64,000 bases of DNA from Lepidodermella squamata (lineage: Eukaryota > Animalia > Gastrotricha). Location: positions 3,844,001 to 3,908,000 of the forward strand of contig JBLDXI010000003.1 in the NCBI GenBank assembly GCA_047495785.1. Direction: 5' to 3'. Positions 38,076 through 52,800 of the stretch are shown one piece after another. How positions within the stretch are numbered: position 1 is the stretch's first letter; each line of letters opens with the position of its first letter. Made by a program: the position numbers and the translations under genes. Below the pieces are notes generated by a model. That model searched no databases, was not told the DNA's origin, and saw only the letters and a program-made list of their open reading frames with translations.

Positions 38076-39671
38076 GGCTTTAGATTGCTTCTCGAAATTA
38101 ATGTCTCTAGGTAGGTTAAGGGAGTAATAAAATGCATAAACAATTAAAGCGTTGCCGACTTTAACGGCTAAAAAGCTGCATTACATAGGATTGGCAACAC
38201 GTTTTCCCCCATCATGACTTAATTGAGTGCTTCAAATGTTTTGGTAAAAGAGAATAGAGAATGCTCAATGGAATGAAAATGCCAAGAAAAAACTCCTTCA
38301 TTAAATACGAGTGATAGAACTCGTTTTATTGATCGGAGGGCGGTGTGGATGAGTGCAATATGAAAGGCGGTGTGCGCATGAGGTCATCAGACAGCGGCAC
38401 GAGCCAACTAAAAATTTGGCAGCCTTCATCGTCGCGAGAAAAGTGTGACTACAATAACATATGATGGCGCTGAACAAACAGGCTTCCAGCTTAATAACTT
38501 GAACTCGATTGACGAAGCGAAATAAGACTCGATTCGAAGTAAAAATGTTTAGGAAAAAAACTCATAAAAAATACTCCATTGCGTATAATTATGAGCTGTT
38601 TGTGTACTTGCACTGGCTTTCGGGTAGACGCTAATCTTGGCCACGCGGCGTAGTATATCATCAATTGCCTTTTTTATAGCCAGACGGCTGATGTGAGGTC
38701 CAAGTCCAATGTGCGGTAAAAGCCAAACATTACCAGGCAAAAAACCAGCCTACCGACTTTGACTCTTGTGTTTGTCAAGATAAGGAAAAATACTATATGT
38801 ATAAAAACTGCGGTCTGTCTAACGCGTCACGATTTTCGTTTATATGAGACTTGTTTTGAACGAGAGAATAAAATGGGAGCCACGTTATCGGTAGTATTTT
38901 GCCGGTGATACAATAAAAAACAACAGCGCAGAAAACGACCTGGATGCTGACTATCAGAGAGGATCGAAAATTCTCTGCGAAAAATTTGCTCGTTTTTTCT
39001 GTTGCTATGCAGTTGGTATATAAAACGCTCACATGAAAGGGAACACGATTTTTACTATACTGACATGCTCATCGGACTGCGCGAATACCACCACATCGAG
39101 ATTACGATGAAAGCGGGAAATATTTTTTCTCTGGCAACGGCGTGTATTTCTTGCCAAGATCGTCGATGAAAAAAACCGCTGCAAACGATTTGTTTTTTTG
39201 GCACGGGCCTGTAATACCGGAGTGTGTGCGCCCTTCTCACGCGTTTCACCTGATTTTGCCCTCGATGCTATTTTTTCTTCCTACAGTGTAATCAAACTGC
39301 TTCACCGCGGGAAAATTGATTTTTATGATTCGTATCGATATTTTGTAAAAGGCACAAAAGAAAATAAGTTGATCGATTGAATTATTAATTTCTCCTTTTA
39401 ATTATTTTCCCGTGGGGGCGAGCGAAATTGAAATGTGTCGAACATTTCCTTGCGATTTTTCACTGGCCCTTGGGCATCGACAATTTTGGCCGTGAAGACT
39501 GTACATTTCGTGGGTGCTTCCGGCCTTTCCGCAACGGCGCTAAATTTGACGTAAAAAATGTGGTGCCGCGGCGATTAGAACAAAGCGCGGCGCCCGCGAG
39601 CATGAAAGGAGGTGGCTTTTCACATTTTATCATGAGTCACAGCGGCGTGAGTGGAGAGGTGTTTTTGAAAG

Positions 39672-39685
39672 GTCACCTTGGTGAC
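39672..39685. promoter_or_regulatory. X-box-like (RFX) palindrome GTCACC-TT-GGTGAC
   Basis: Perfect 6+6 palindrome with 2 bp spacer, about 180 bp upstream of ATG 39863; resembles the RFX site GTTGCCATGGCAAC. Confidence 0.35.
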
Positions 39686-39862
39686 AACTCAGCATGCCTT
39701 CAATAGCATCGAACTGGTGATGTGAATAAAGAATACCCGTACTGAAGTTGTATCCAGAAAAAACTCGTTTTTCATCGTCCCCAAAGCACTGCGCTTATCT
39801 CGGATGGAAACAAAAAAGTGATAGCATCACTTGACTGATCAGTTTAACTTTGTCTTCCGAAA

Positions 39863-42800
39863 ATGAGTGACGAGCAGAGCTACATTGTCCAGCAGATATT
39901 AAAGCGGCATGAAGAGGCTCGGGCGGCTCGGCAGCACAAACAGGCCCGCGAGGAGTTGGATCGTGTTCTCGATCGAGTGCAAAAGGTTAATTTGAACTCT
40001 GATGATAATTCGGTATTTTTAGGACACGGGTTCAATATGTTTAGATTTGTCACGACTACGATAAATTGTCAACAGAGAACACCAAGTCGAAAATCTTAGT
40101 CACAGAGGACGTGGTTCGTTTCCTCTTGGTTCCTCTTGGGGTCGATGATTTTTTAGCCCTGAATTTTGTTATTTTTCAGGACGAACTGGAGCAAATAATG
40201 CTAGACCCAGCTAAAAGGCATAAGGTCTGTAGTTTTAAAAGAAAATTCTAAAAAAAAATAAAATTACCTCCTGTTTTTGTTTACTCGATTAGCACCAGCA
40301 AGAAATGATGGTTTTGATAGTCGGCTATCAAAACGCCAGCAAAGAGCGCGTTAATCTCATGGGCCACGTCGGCGATGTTTGTTTTTTTCGCATTATTTGT
40401 TTACAGTTCAAATTTCTACCTATATATCGTCAACAGTTCCTAGGAACCAATGCGCGATATTTCCTTGACGATGACGGCATATCGACAGGCAAGGTTGGCT
40501 CGCCGACATTTGATCCGGATCGAAGTTTTGCCGAATTCGATAAGGCGCTTAGCTACGCCAGCTCAATGGCTGATAAGCTAAAACGCCTCGAGGAGCAAAT
40601 AGGTTTGTAAACAATAACGATTTTTCACCAAAATAATATTTTGATTTTCTTTCGTATTTTTTCCCAGTCGAATGTTTGATAAATTACGCGAATAACAAGG
40701 GCGGGAAATTGCGCAAGAAACTAGAGATGGCGCTGAACCAGGCGAAAAATGACATACGAGCGTTATCGGAGAAGTTATTGGCTGCTCAAACCGAATTGGA
40801 TGACCGGAAGGAAGCGCTTGTTCAGAACGTTCGCGAGCTGGAGGCCAAAAAGGGCGAGGTGAACAAACTGAAAAAGGAGCTGGAAGAAACGAAGCGCAAT
40901 CAATCAAGACTGGCCCACTCTGTTGAAGCGATGGAAGAGGTAAGGAGAATAACTAGTAATTAAGTCATATATTTATAAAAAAATATCAATTCCAGAAAGA
41001 TAAGAAGATCGAAGCACAGGAGCGTTTGATAATGGGTCTGCAAATCGATCTTGAAGAAGCTCGAAAGCATAAGGATAACCTCAGGAGTATGTACGACGAG
41101 GAGCAAGGGAGACTCGAGGTAAAAAATAATTGTTATCCCAGTCAAATTATCAACCATGACTTGTTAATTTCTTAGCAAAAATTGGCTGAGGTGGAAAATC
41201 AGCTGTTGAAGAAGTCTACATCTTTGGAGAGGACGAAAATGGACTTGTCTGATACTTTGGATCGTGTTGTGAAAGAATTCGAAGCGAGACATGCCGAGTC
41301 AATGGCGACAATGGAAGCCGATTACGAAGCTCGAATCAATGATATAAATGTACGAAATAGCTCTGTCCTACTAAGACACGATGGAAACTTACATATTATT
41401 CCCCATTATTAGGAACAACATAAAGCTGAACTGCAGGAGAAAGTCAATCGCATATATCAGCTTGACGAACGAAATCAGCAATTACAGGTAGAAAATTACT
41501 TTGCTATTTAATAATTATTTAATCCGAAGAATTCTTTGGCTCGATTAACAGATAGACAAGGACAATGTTGATGTAATAATGCTTGAAAGAAGTCATAGAT
41601 ACCTTTAAGTTGAAATTTTTGTTCAGCGTTTTTTTACAGCGAATGAGTTTGAAGCTCTGAAGTGTTTAATGAACCCTGCGATGAGAAAAATAGGCTTTTG
41701 GGATAAAATTAGCACATTTAAAAAGGGATCCTACAGGGAGAGGGATATAGGGCGAGATTTCTTTCGAACGCAGGCTTTGAATAGATTTGCGGTTTGTCCA
41801 CTCGAGTTTTGAAACACCGGCGAGACCAGAACCACTTCAGACCTTTACGGCTCACACGCGCCTCTTTCATTATGATTTTAAACATGAATCTTGCTTTGAG
41901 TTATATACTTTCGGTTTCACTTTCAGTCGTGTCAAAGCTATTTACCTATGGTTCATTTTTGTCACATTGCACCTTTTGGTTAATACAGGAGCAACTGAAG
42001 GCTGTTGTCAAACGGCTGGAATTGCAAAGCTACACAGAAGAGGCCCCAGTACCGGCTATGTCAGTGAGCAAATACGTGCAAGTAAGTCACCGCAAAAAAA
42101 TCACATTCACTTTTCAAATTTTCAGTTGGAGTTTTCAATTCGAATCTTTTAACTGAGAACTAAATGATTAATTGCTTCCTCAGGTCTCAGTCTTGATGGA
42201 AGACGCTGGCGTTCAAGTGAAAACAATCTCTGAGAAGTCTGAGAAAGAGAAGGCCGAGAAGACTCCAGTTGGCAAAGCGAAGAAGCCTTCGAAGGCCACC
42301 ATTGATACAGCTCCCTTGAGGGAAAGATTCGAGCAACGCGAACCATCTGGACCGCCGTTTGAGCTCGACGATGAGCCTAATTGGTGCTCAGTACCTGACG
42401 AAGAAGTGCGTGGACGCTTTGCGCAGTTCAGGGATCTGGTTAGTTAGAAAAGGTGTAAATCATGGAAGATATACGTATACTTTTTAATCTTAGGCGCGAT
42501 CTAGAATTCGTGAGCTCTTGGAACAATCTGGCTCGGCTTCTGAAGGGGCTCAGCGTGAGATGGAGAACATTCGAATGGAATTTGACGTAGCCTCGAAAGA
42601 ACTCATGCAAAAGAAGGGCCTGCTAGCACAGGTAACCTCGCTATCCCTTTTCTCTACCCTCTATAAAACAATGTTGATTCCCAAAGATGGCTAAGACATA
42701 CGCTCATCAAGGCGAGGAATTGCTCCAAATACAAACCGCTACGGAAATGGAAGCCAATGCAGCTTTGAAAGATCTGAAAGAGGCCGTTGAGTGTGTTGTA

Positions 42801-45800
42801 AGTCTCGTTTCAACGAAATCGCTTTCGCTTCGTCGTCCGCTTTCTAACTTGACTAATTCAATTGATGTTGTGACTAACAAAACTTTCATTATGAAGACGC
42901 CAAATAGCAACCGTGCAGCTAGTCAGCGTACGCCTATAACCAGGACGTTTGTGAATAGACCATCACCGCCTTCACCGGTTCGCTCTGTCAGAGGGGACCA
43001 TGTGAAGTCGGCGGTGCTGACTTTCGTGAGTTGTACCGAGGAGCAGCGATCGGAAACGTCATTCTATTGCTTCAACTCTTTCTCTTCCCTTGATTCTAGT
43101 CCCAGTAGTAGCACGTTAACCTGTCTGATCCTAAGTGATACTCTTCCTATTTCTTATGTGATTTTGTTAAGTTCTGAACACTGCTCAGCTCAAATAACGC
43201 CAACTTCTGCAATCGTCGTTTGTTTCTTGTACTTGAACCACTATGCTCTGAAGAGCCTCTTATTGTCTTCTCTATTAATTATGGCTGCAATAACCCAAAC
43301 TAACTCAAAAATCCTCCCATGGATACCTAGCTCTGCTCACAAAGGCAGACCTGAAAACGATATCGTCGTGGATGAAGACAAGTCTGATGACGATGATGAT
43401 TCGGATAGTTCGACAGAAGAAAGTTCTGGAAGTGAGGAAACATCTGATTCGGACGATACCGAAAGCACGGAAGAAAGCGAAGAATCAGAAGAGAGCGAGG
43501 AATCTGAGGAAACCGAGGAGAGTGGCGATGGCGATGACGACGATGATGATGATGATGACGAAGATGACGATGAATCCGAGGAGGAGACCGAAGAAACCGA
43601 GGAAGATTCCGAAGAAGAGACTAGCGAAGATTCTTCTGAGTCCGAAAGCGAAGATTCCGAAGAAACAACTAGCGGCTCATCAGATAAAACAGCAACCCCC
43701 GTGGAGAAAACGGTCGCCTCCAAGGGAAAGCAAGTTGCGCCTCAAGTCGGAAAAGGTGGTAAGAACCAACTTCCAAATAAGGGCGGTGCAGCTGCAAAAG
43801 CCAAGCCACCTGCGACAAAACTTGTCAAGCCAACCGACAAAGAGATCAAGAGCAAATCAAAACGCCTCGAAGACATCGAAATTAAACCGGAGGCGGATTC
43901 TCCATACTCAGGCTCGCCAATTAATCGGAACAAGAAAAGAAGCAAAGCTGGTTCATCGAAGAAAGGCAAACCTTCTTCTAGGAAGAGTAGTAGAAAGAAG
44001 CAGCAATCGTCTAGCGATTCATCGTCGAGTTCAGAAGATAGCAGTTCTGATTCCTCTTCTGGCCACCCTCCGTCAGATCATGCTCTATCCCGCCCAGTTA
44101 GGAGGTCTGAATCACCTGCAACGTTAACTAGCCGAAGTCAGACAACAAAGGAAGGCTCTCGACAAACGAAAAGTCACGAATCTCCCCCGGCGAAACCTCA
44201 GTTCGTCGACGAATCCCCGCCGTCCACTCACACCACGCCAGAGAGTGAAGAAGAACAGGATCAGGATGAGTCCAAGTCTTATACGTCCCATGCCGTCACT
44301 GACGATACCATGGCGGAAAAGTTTTCTGAGCTTGAGGATGACACAGCTGCAAACAAGTTTGACGCCATGTACTTGATGCTCAATAACCCCGCTGTGGCCC
44401 TCGTTGACGAAAATCGACCAATGTCGGCGCGCAACCGTCTAAGTGGAAGCATCTGTTCGGAATCCGGAGAAAGCGATGGCTCGCTTGTCGTAGTACGGTC
44501 AAAAATGCGACCTTTTTCTGCATTCGCACGAAATAGTGCTGAGGCAATGGTGAAGCCGAGAAAGATCCCTATACGAAAGCAAACTCAAAATCGTGAGTAT
44601 CGGCGAGAAATTTCAGCAGAATCGCGCAGCGAAGAAGCCATCCCTTCGCCCTCAGTTTCTTTGAAAAGTATACAGAAGGATGAAACAGCATCGTCTTGCG
44701 CACACGAGGTACCTACTGCTTCAGATAAGACTGTCACCCCTAAGTCAGGCAGGACCTTAATTCTGTCTCCTAAATCAAGGAGGACGACATTTCTGGAGCT
44801 GGCCGACGAGCCAACAAGCGCTACCCCTCAGCCACCTCATTCATCGCTGATACAAGACTCCGTCATTGACAAGGACGTCGAATTCGCTAAATCAGTTGCA
44901 TCTTATGTTGCCTCAGTCATTTCCCTCGCTGCCAACAATTTCTTGGGAATTCCGTCAGAGATCGCTGTCAAGCAGGAGAAAGCGTGGCTAGACGATACCT
45001 CTTTACCGCTGGACACCGCGACACGCTCTGAAAGCGGGAGCAGTAACGATTCGGTATTTGTGGACGATGTTCCTGATACTCATCGACCATCGATGCAATT
45101 TATAGCTTTGAGACGAAGTGTTTCTCTGGCAAGATACCTCACCGGTCGACAGGCGTCTAGTGCAGGAGACAAACAAGAAACTGCAGCCTCCTCGGTCAGA
45201 TTGTCACCCACCGTTTTAGCTCCTCAAGCGGAAGTTCAGATCCTAGAAGCTGAATTATTGGACCCGCGTCAGCCTTTGGAAAAAGAGCCTGAACCTGAAG
45301 AAAAGCGATCTGGTTCAGAACGGCCAGAGAGTGTTAGCGTTAGCGTTAGCCGGAGGAGCAGTAAATCATCCGCCTCGAAATCAAAAAAGAAAAAGAAGAA
45401 AAAGAAGAGCCGACGAAAGTCAGAAGGCGAACAAGCTAGCGTCAGCGTCAAGTCATCGAGCCGTAGAAGCAAAAAATCTCGAAAGAAGCATCGCAGACAT
45501 AGCATCGATTCGTCTACCTTGGAGTTGGAAGATAAAGCAGAGAAAAAGAAGCGCAAGAGGTCTTCAAAAAGCAGTAGTCGAAAAGAAGATGGAAGGGAAG
45601 CTCATGTTCCTGAAAAGATGGACGAGCCGCTAGCAAAAACCGAACCTGCTGTGGTTGTCTCAAAGTCACCAAAAGCGACACCTCCAGGTTCTAGACGACC
45701 TAGTCAGAGTGCTGGCACCAGCCGAAGGTCAAGCCTTCTCGCCAAAGTTGTTGAAAAGCCAGCTCCGCCTCTGGCACTGCAAGTCGAAGGAATTTCTTAT

Positions 45801-48800
45801 GAAAAGCTTGTGAAGCCTCAAGATGATCAAGCAATTAACAAGGCTGTAGCAGAGCGGGGACCTGACTCAGATAAAGTTCGTGGTAGACGACGGTCAAGTG
45901 GAAGTGCCTCTAGTGTAGTGTCTGTTAAATCAAAGGCGCCAGAGATTAGCAAGGCTGTTGAAAGCCCCGCAGAGGTACCCAAGGAGTCAGAATCTGAACC
46001 TGTCAATCAAGCCCAGGCGATAGAAGATAGACAGCGCTCTGAATCTTCTACTACATCGCCCGCTAAAATGGACGCAGATGAGCCTGATGATGTTGCCGAA
46101 GATTACCGCCCTCATCCCCACAGAGCTGCCCAGGTTAGAATTCAAGATGATAGGGACGATTCCCCGATCAAGAAGAAGACCCATTTTCCTGCTCCTATGA
46201 GAGATTCTTCGCCGACCATGCGCAGAAGACCTGTTACTGCAAAACCAGTTTCTGCAAGAAAATCGGCTCTTAATTTATCTCTTGCTCCACGGCCAGCTTC
46301 TAGCAAGTCGGTGAGAATCGCTCCCCAAGCGGAATCCTTCGAATACGAACCGCAGATAGCCTGGGAAGATAGGCTTGAAATGCTTGCCCAACCTCGCAAG
46401 AAGCATGTTCGATCTGATAAGCAAATGATGGAAGATGCTAAGAAATACAGGCTGTCCTCGAACGACGGCTTTGTCGTACTTGGAGTGAAAGAAGATTCGA
46501 CATTGTTCCAGGTTGAAGGAACTGGCGGAGCTTTATATGCCGGAAGGTTAACGTTGACTAATCGAGCTTCCAGCGCCAAGTCTACGAGATCGTCTGCCTT
46601 AGACACCGTGGCTATCGATCCAAGGGTTTCAACTGCCAGGCCTTTGTCTGCTGCGCACCAACCTCCTTTGGTCACCCAACCATTACAACCGGCACTTACT
46701 ACGAGCAGAATATTTATCCCGAAAACAAGTATCCAACTTGATGACTCAGCCACCTGTGAGTTTAGAATCAGCCCAGCAATACCTGTTGATATCAACAGGG
46801 CCATTTCTTCGCCAATAATGCGTGAAAGCGGCGCACGGTCGGCGACGGGTGTGACAAGTCCTCTGGTTGACCCTTACCGCAGCGCTCATTCATCTCGCCC
46901 TACAGAAGTGACAGCTAAATCACCAGTAATTACTAATTTGACTCAAGGAACATCTTTTCGTATTTACGACACGAACGAAAAGCCGTCAAATAATCGTGCG
47001 AAATCCGCAATGGCTCGCCCTTCGTCCAGGGCCCAGGGACCCCAGGCTCGAACGCCAAACGGCGACTCAACGCCTAACTATCGCAAAGAATTGAGACGGC
47101 CGGTGACTGCGGCGGCTCGAATGTGGTCCTTATTGGGGCATCTACCAACAAAGGTTGATGAAAATTCAATCCTGCCGAAATCTGGACCACGACCTAGACC
47201 CCGTCTGCTATCTGCAAAGCAGCGTCCGATGAGCTCGGATCTCGAGACAGGCTTTTCCGAGTCGTATCACATGGCGGACGACTCTGACGCGGAAATGCTA
47301 AACGCTAAGGACCTCTCTGCCGATGAAGGCTATTCGGCGCCTACGCCTATCATTCCACCGAAAACACCACCAATCAAGCAATCCATCAGGAAGCACAGTG
47401 ATGGCCAGGTTGGTGACGTGATGTATAGTTCGTGGTCGATTGCGTTCGTCTTTCGTTTCCTTTGGTTTGTCCGCCGGAAGAGCACACTTTTTGAACCTCG
47501 CAGATGAAAATGTTTAAATTCCACTAATTTCAAATTTGCGCAACAGCGATTGTAGAAGTTGGCGATAACTTTTCATCATCAATTTTACTTTCACACTTTC
47601 AATACTAATCAATAATGCACTTGTTATATAATCTGACATTCCAGCCACTTTTCATGACGTTATGTAAACCGAATTTCAGATAACCCGCCAAGGTCTCGCG
47701 TCGAAACCACCGTCCCAGGACGTTGTGGAAGAGTACAAGAAGAGCTATTCCACTGTTCTGCAACTAGGCTCGGACATTTTTGAATCAGTTCGAAGCAAAG
47801 CTCCTGAGGCGCTGAAAGACCTAGATTTCCAATCAGCTGTCTCTCAAGTTATCTCGCAGGAGCGGGCAGCAGCGACGACTTCAACTGCCGTATCGACCGC
47901 TACTCCAACTGCGAATGTCCCTAAACCGGCATCTAACGTTTCAGCGGATACCGGCATTGGACCGGGTCTGTCGACTGTGATTGCTGATCTGGAAAGTGCG
48001 GGCGATGATGCTGAGCTGGCACAGAAAATGACGACGCACGTGAATGCTGTCGTCAACCAGATTCACGTCGCTTTCGATCGATTATTAGCCTTGCCCATGG
48101 CGGATCCAGTAATTTTTTATTTCATGTCCCATTTATCGATTTTTATTTCGTGAATTTTAGAATAGTCACATCCATAAAGCTGAAGTTGAGCGACTGCGCC
48201 TAATTCAAGAGGAACTGTGAGTATATATCGATTTTAGCAACAGTGATTTCTCACCTTTTGTTTTTCTTGTAGAATGGATAAGCTCGAGCGGCAGAAGTCA
48301 TCCTACGAAGCCAAATTGAGGTAAAACACTGCGATCGCGAGTGAACTTATTCTAGTAATCGTTGTTGATTCTAGCGACCAAAATGCTGTCGTAGCTGAGC
48401 TGCGAGAGACGATTGAAGAGCTGAAGAGAGAGCTGGAGCGAATTTCTACCTCGCAGAAGATGCCACCAGAATATGCAGTGATGTTCACCCGGTTGGACGT
48501 CGAGAGAAATTCAAGAGCACTTCAACGCGCTGCTTCGAACCAACGACTTTCAACCCAGCAAATCGAAGACGCCATCAAGGCAATGGAGGAGTATGTTGAC
48601 ATGCCTGTTCAGCGTTTGGTTCATTTGATAGCGCAACGCCGTGGCGAGCTACCGGAGCAACACGCCGCCGTTAAACAAGCGCTACAGAAAACTGCTCGAC
48701 AACTGAATGCAACTAATGCTATTGTGGAAGCTGCTGCAGATCTCGGACCTCTGCTATCAACAGATATCGAACAGCTGGCTGAGGAGCGGGTTAGACTTGC

Positions 48801-49482
48801 TGAGGATATAATGATGAGGCTTCAGCAAATTGAACGAGATGCTGGGATTTTCCTCATCAAGCCTTACTTTAGCTTCCCAGGCCGACAGATTCACGATCGG
48901 GAAAAGTTCAAGTTCAAAACGAGCCGTCCTATGCAGGATTACCAGCCTATGGTGGCAACTGCCCAGATCATTCATGGCGGGAGAATTATGAATGCTGGTA
49001 GTGAGGATTATAAACCCCCTATGGCACCCTCTCACGCGCACCCTCTCGCGCCAATCCAGCGACGTAGCGGTGGCCCTAAGCATGCCAGATTTAACGACGC
49101 TCCAACTGGTATCGACGGAGGCCGGGCCCCTAACCTGGCATCACCGCCTCCTCCTGGCCAGTGGAAGCCGGAAGATTCTCGTATGGCAAATGAAACTGCG
49201 ATGAACATAGCCTCGCAAACTTCGAGGCTGGAAGAGCTGGACATGAAACGATACGTTGTTGCCCAAAACGTTGTGAGCAGCGCTTACCCACCAGATCTAA
49301 GGGACGCCGTTCCGCCTGGGACTCGAACAGCCCGCGCTTATTTCGGTCTAACGCGGGATGCTCCTGTAATCAGGCTAACAGAAAACCCAATCGCTTTCTT
49401 CCCAATGTCAAATGGATCTCCGGCACCCCCACCGCCCAACGGCTCTACTCTACCGCCTTTGACTCCACCGAAAGTCAATTGA
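39863..49482 (+). CDS. Large multi-exon coiled-coil protein, possibly FAM186-related, with a giant low-complexity central segment
   Basis: Many short in-phase exons with heptad-rich sequence. The N-terminal VQQILKRHEEARAARQHKQAREELDRVLDRVQKI and C-terminal RVRLAEDIMMRLQQIERDAGIFLIKP recall FAM186 termini from memory only. Includes the 1606-codon ORF 42687-47507. Confidence 0.6.
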
Positions 49483-49851
49483 TAAACAATGTTGTCACCA
49501 GCAGCTAGATTTTTTAAATTTAAACAAACATATCGTAATAAAATTCAATTTTATTTCCACAAATAATTTTGTTAATATTAACAATTTCATGAGTTTCATT
49601 CCTATAAACCAAAGTCTTGCACAGATTATTTCCAATGATATAGCTCTTCAATGGTGGTGCATTTATTTTATAACCTGAATCGCGGAAAAATAAGAACAAC
49701 CTCAAGTTTGATAAAGGAATAACCGGCACCGAAGTTTAATCATAACAAAGAAATCTAATCGATAAGGTGCTCACAGTGCATTACAACCGGAATTAACCAC
49801 CATTCGAGAGAAAAAAAAAATAAAACAAAGGCAATATTCTGAGGCAGTTCA

Positions 49852-52800
49852 TTAGTTGAAAGTAGCTTTCAGCACCTCGGCAGTCTCGCGCTTATGATGA
49901 ACACCGCAACCCGTGGCCGGGCAGGCCAACGGACCGCGCCCAGCATAGCGCAAATTGCTGATACCGCAGAAATTGCGAAGACGCGGCGCAACAAACGACC
50001 ACGCGCCGGCATTTTGCTGCTCCTCCTGCGCCCACACGATCTCGCCACTCGCGTTCGGGTACTGCTTGATCGCCTCGGAGATTTCGTGGGCTGGGAATGG
50101 GCACAAACGCTCGACGCGGATCAACGCCGTGGTTTGGCGGGTTTCACCCAGCGTTTTCGCATGTTCGTCCAGGGCGTAGTAGTGCTTGCCCGAAACCAAC
50201 ACGATTTTCTTGACCTTTTTACGATCAGCGGTCGCGAAAGTCGGGTCGTCCAAAACTGGCTTGAAGTGGGTGCCAGGGCCCATCTCGGCCAGGGTGCTAG
50301 TAGCAGCGCGGTGGGTTAACAGCATTTTCGGGCCAGCGACAACAAGTGGTTTACGGAAGTTTCTCGCCATTTGAAGGCGCAGCAGGTGGAAGTATTGAGC
50401 AGGCGTCGTTGGGTTAACGACGTAGAAATTGACATGATCCGAATCGCCGACCGGGCCAGATTCGCGGCTGTCAGTCAGCTGTAGGAAACGCTCAATACGA
50501 CAGCTGCTGTGTTCGGGGCCAGCGCCGTCGAGACCGTGCGGCAGGAGGAGAACCAACCCGGATTGATGCATCCATTTCGCCTCGCCCGAAGTCACATTCG
50601 TGTCAATAATAATTTGAGCACCGTTGAAAAAATCGCCAAATTGAGCCTCCCACATGGTCAGCGTATTCGGAGCGGAAATCGAGAAGCCGTATTCGTAACC
50701 CATTGCAGCCAGTTCGTTCAATGGGGAATTAGCGACCTCCAACCGACCTTTTTGCCCGTCTTTAAGGTGGTTCAACGGAACGAAAAGTTCGTCAGTTTTA
50801 TGGTCGACCACACCCCAGTGGCGTTGAGCAAATGTCCCGCGTTGGACATCTTGACCAGCCAGTCGGACGTGAAAGCCTTGAAGAAGTAGACTTCCGACAG
50901 CTAGTGTCTCAGCCGTGGCCCAGTCGATCGACTGGCCGGTTTTCATCGAGTCGAGGCGCTTCGGGAAAACTTTAGTCGAGATAGTCGGATGAAGGGTGAA
51001 GCCTTCCTTGACAATCAGCGACTTGCTGCCGACCTGTTGAAGCATGTCGAGTTCAACCCCGGTGTGCCAAGTGGTAACTTCGGACCGGCTCGGCACGTCA
51101 AAGCCTTGCCACACGCCTTTGAACTGCGTGTCTGGCGGGTCGATTTGCTCGATTTTAGAAAACTCTTCCGTTAGGTATTTGACGAAATTGTTCACCTTCA
51201 GATCATTCTTTTGGCAGGTGTTGGATTTTACAAGGGCATCAGCATGCTCATCTGGGATGGACTGGCGCTCCTTGATCGAACGATACATAAGAGGCTGAGT
51301 TTGCCTGAAATTAGAAGGAATTTATCAAATAATTGACTAGAAAATAAATTGGAGTTAATAATCTATAATTTAACTATTGAACTGGAAAAATGACATGAAA
51401 AGTTCAGAAATTCGAAGGTCTGAATATTTGTATACTACTAAATTTGGGTTCCAGTGCTAAAATGAAGCGTCCATGTCCCTTATTTCCGATTATTTGTGAT
51501 TCTATGTTTTTTCTTGATCGACACTGCGGCTTAGGTAGAAACCTCTCTAATGATGGTTCCCAAGACTTCTGATATCGAAAAATCACTGATTTGTAAAATC
51601 GATTGTTGGAATCGATATAAACTCTGCGGACAACAGTTTAACACGTAAACAGACCGCTCATAGCGCGAAATGCGGGTAATAATTAAATTATCGGTTAGGC
51701 AAGGGAATTCACATTTTAAGGAAGACAAGATACATAAAAATCCTTATGTTGGGGAAAAATCCTTCGCTGAAGCCTCAAATTTAGGGTGCCAACTAGGTTA
51801 GAAAATTCGCTCAATTGCAGAAATTCAATGGGGAAAAAATCTGGAAAAATCCTGGAAAAATCTGAGATTCAAAATATTGATATTCGGTAAACTATTTGGC
51901 GATAACTTTTCCTAATATATTGCTACCGTAACAATGCCGTCACATCATAAGAAACCTCTTGGGTCCATCTCAAACAGGCTTACGTGGCATCATCCATTTC
52001 GTTGTGGCCATGGCGGCGGAAGCAGACCAAATTGATGAAGATGTCCTTGCGGAATTCCTGGCGGTAAGCCGTCGCCAATTTTGCAGCTCGGACAACCGCC
52101 GGGATGTCCGCAGCATTGACGTGCAAACACGGCGCGCCAACCGACTTGGCAACATCCGTACATCTCGCCGAGGTCCTCGCACAATCGCCCTGCGTCGTGT
52201 ATCCCACCTGGTTGTTAACCACCAAATGAACCGACCCGCCTACGCCGAAATGCGGGCAATCACCCGACTGCTGAATCGCCTCAGCTACGATACCCTGCCC
52301 GCAGAACGCCGCATCACCATGCAAATGAAGTGGTAGAACGCGGTCACCTGGTTTGCCCTCCGCAGATGAGCCGTAATCGCCAACTTCATACCGCTGCATT
52401 TTCGCCCTAGCCTTGCCCAGCGTCACCGGCATAACCGCCTCGAGGTGAGACGGATTTGGCAGGAGTGAAACTCGAATATTCCGCTTCTCACCCGCTGGTT
52501 CCGCGCTTGAATCGCCATAATTTTGCGGCACGGTTAAATCGACTGATTGGAACAGGTGAGACAACACATCTCCGCACATTGCATCGTTGTAACGCGAGTT
52601 GTACTCAGTCATGCCCTTGACTTTTCGGAACAGAACGGCCGGCGGGAATTTCAGCATGCTAACCAGCAGATTAAGGCGGCCACGATGCGGCATGCCGATT
52701 ATCACGTCGGAGATGTTGTCCAGAGCAGCTTCATTCAACAGGGCGTCGATAAACACCAACATCGGCTCAGCTCCCTCGCCGCCATATCGCTTCGTTGTCG

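Noticed and set aside
43337-46804. Ser-rich and other antisense ORFs (128, 95 and 220 aa) and the alternative-frame 251 aa ORF
   Set aside because: Shadows of the low-complexity coding region on the + strand.
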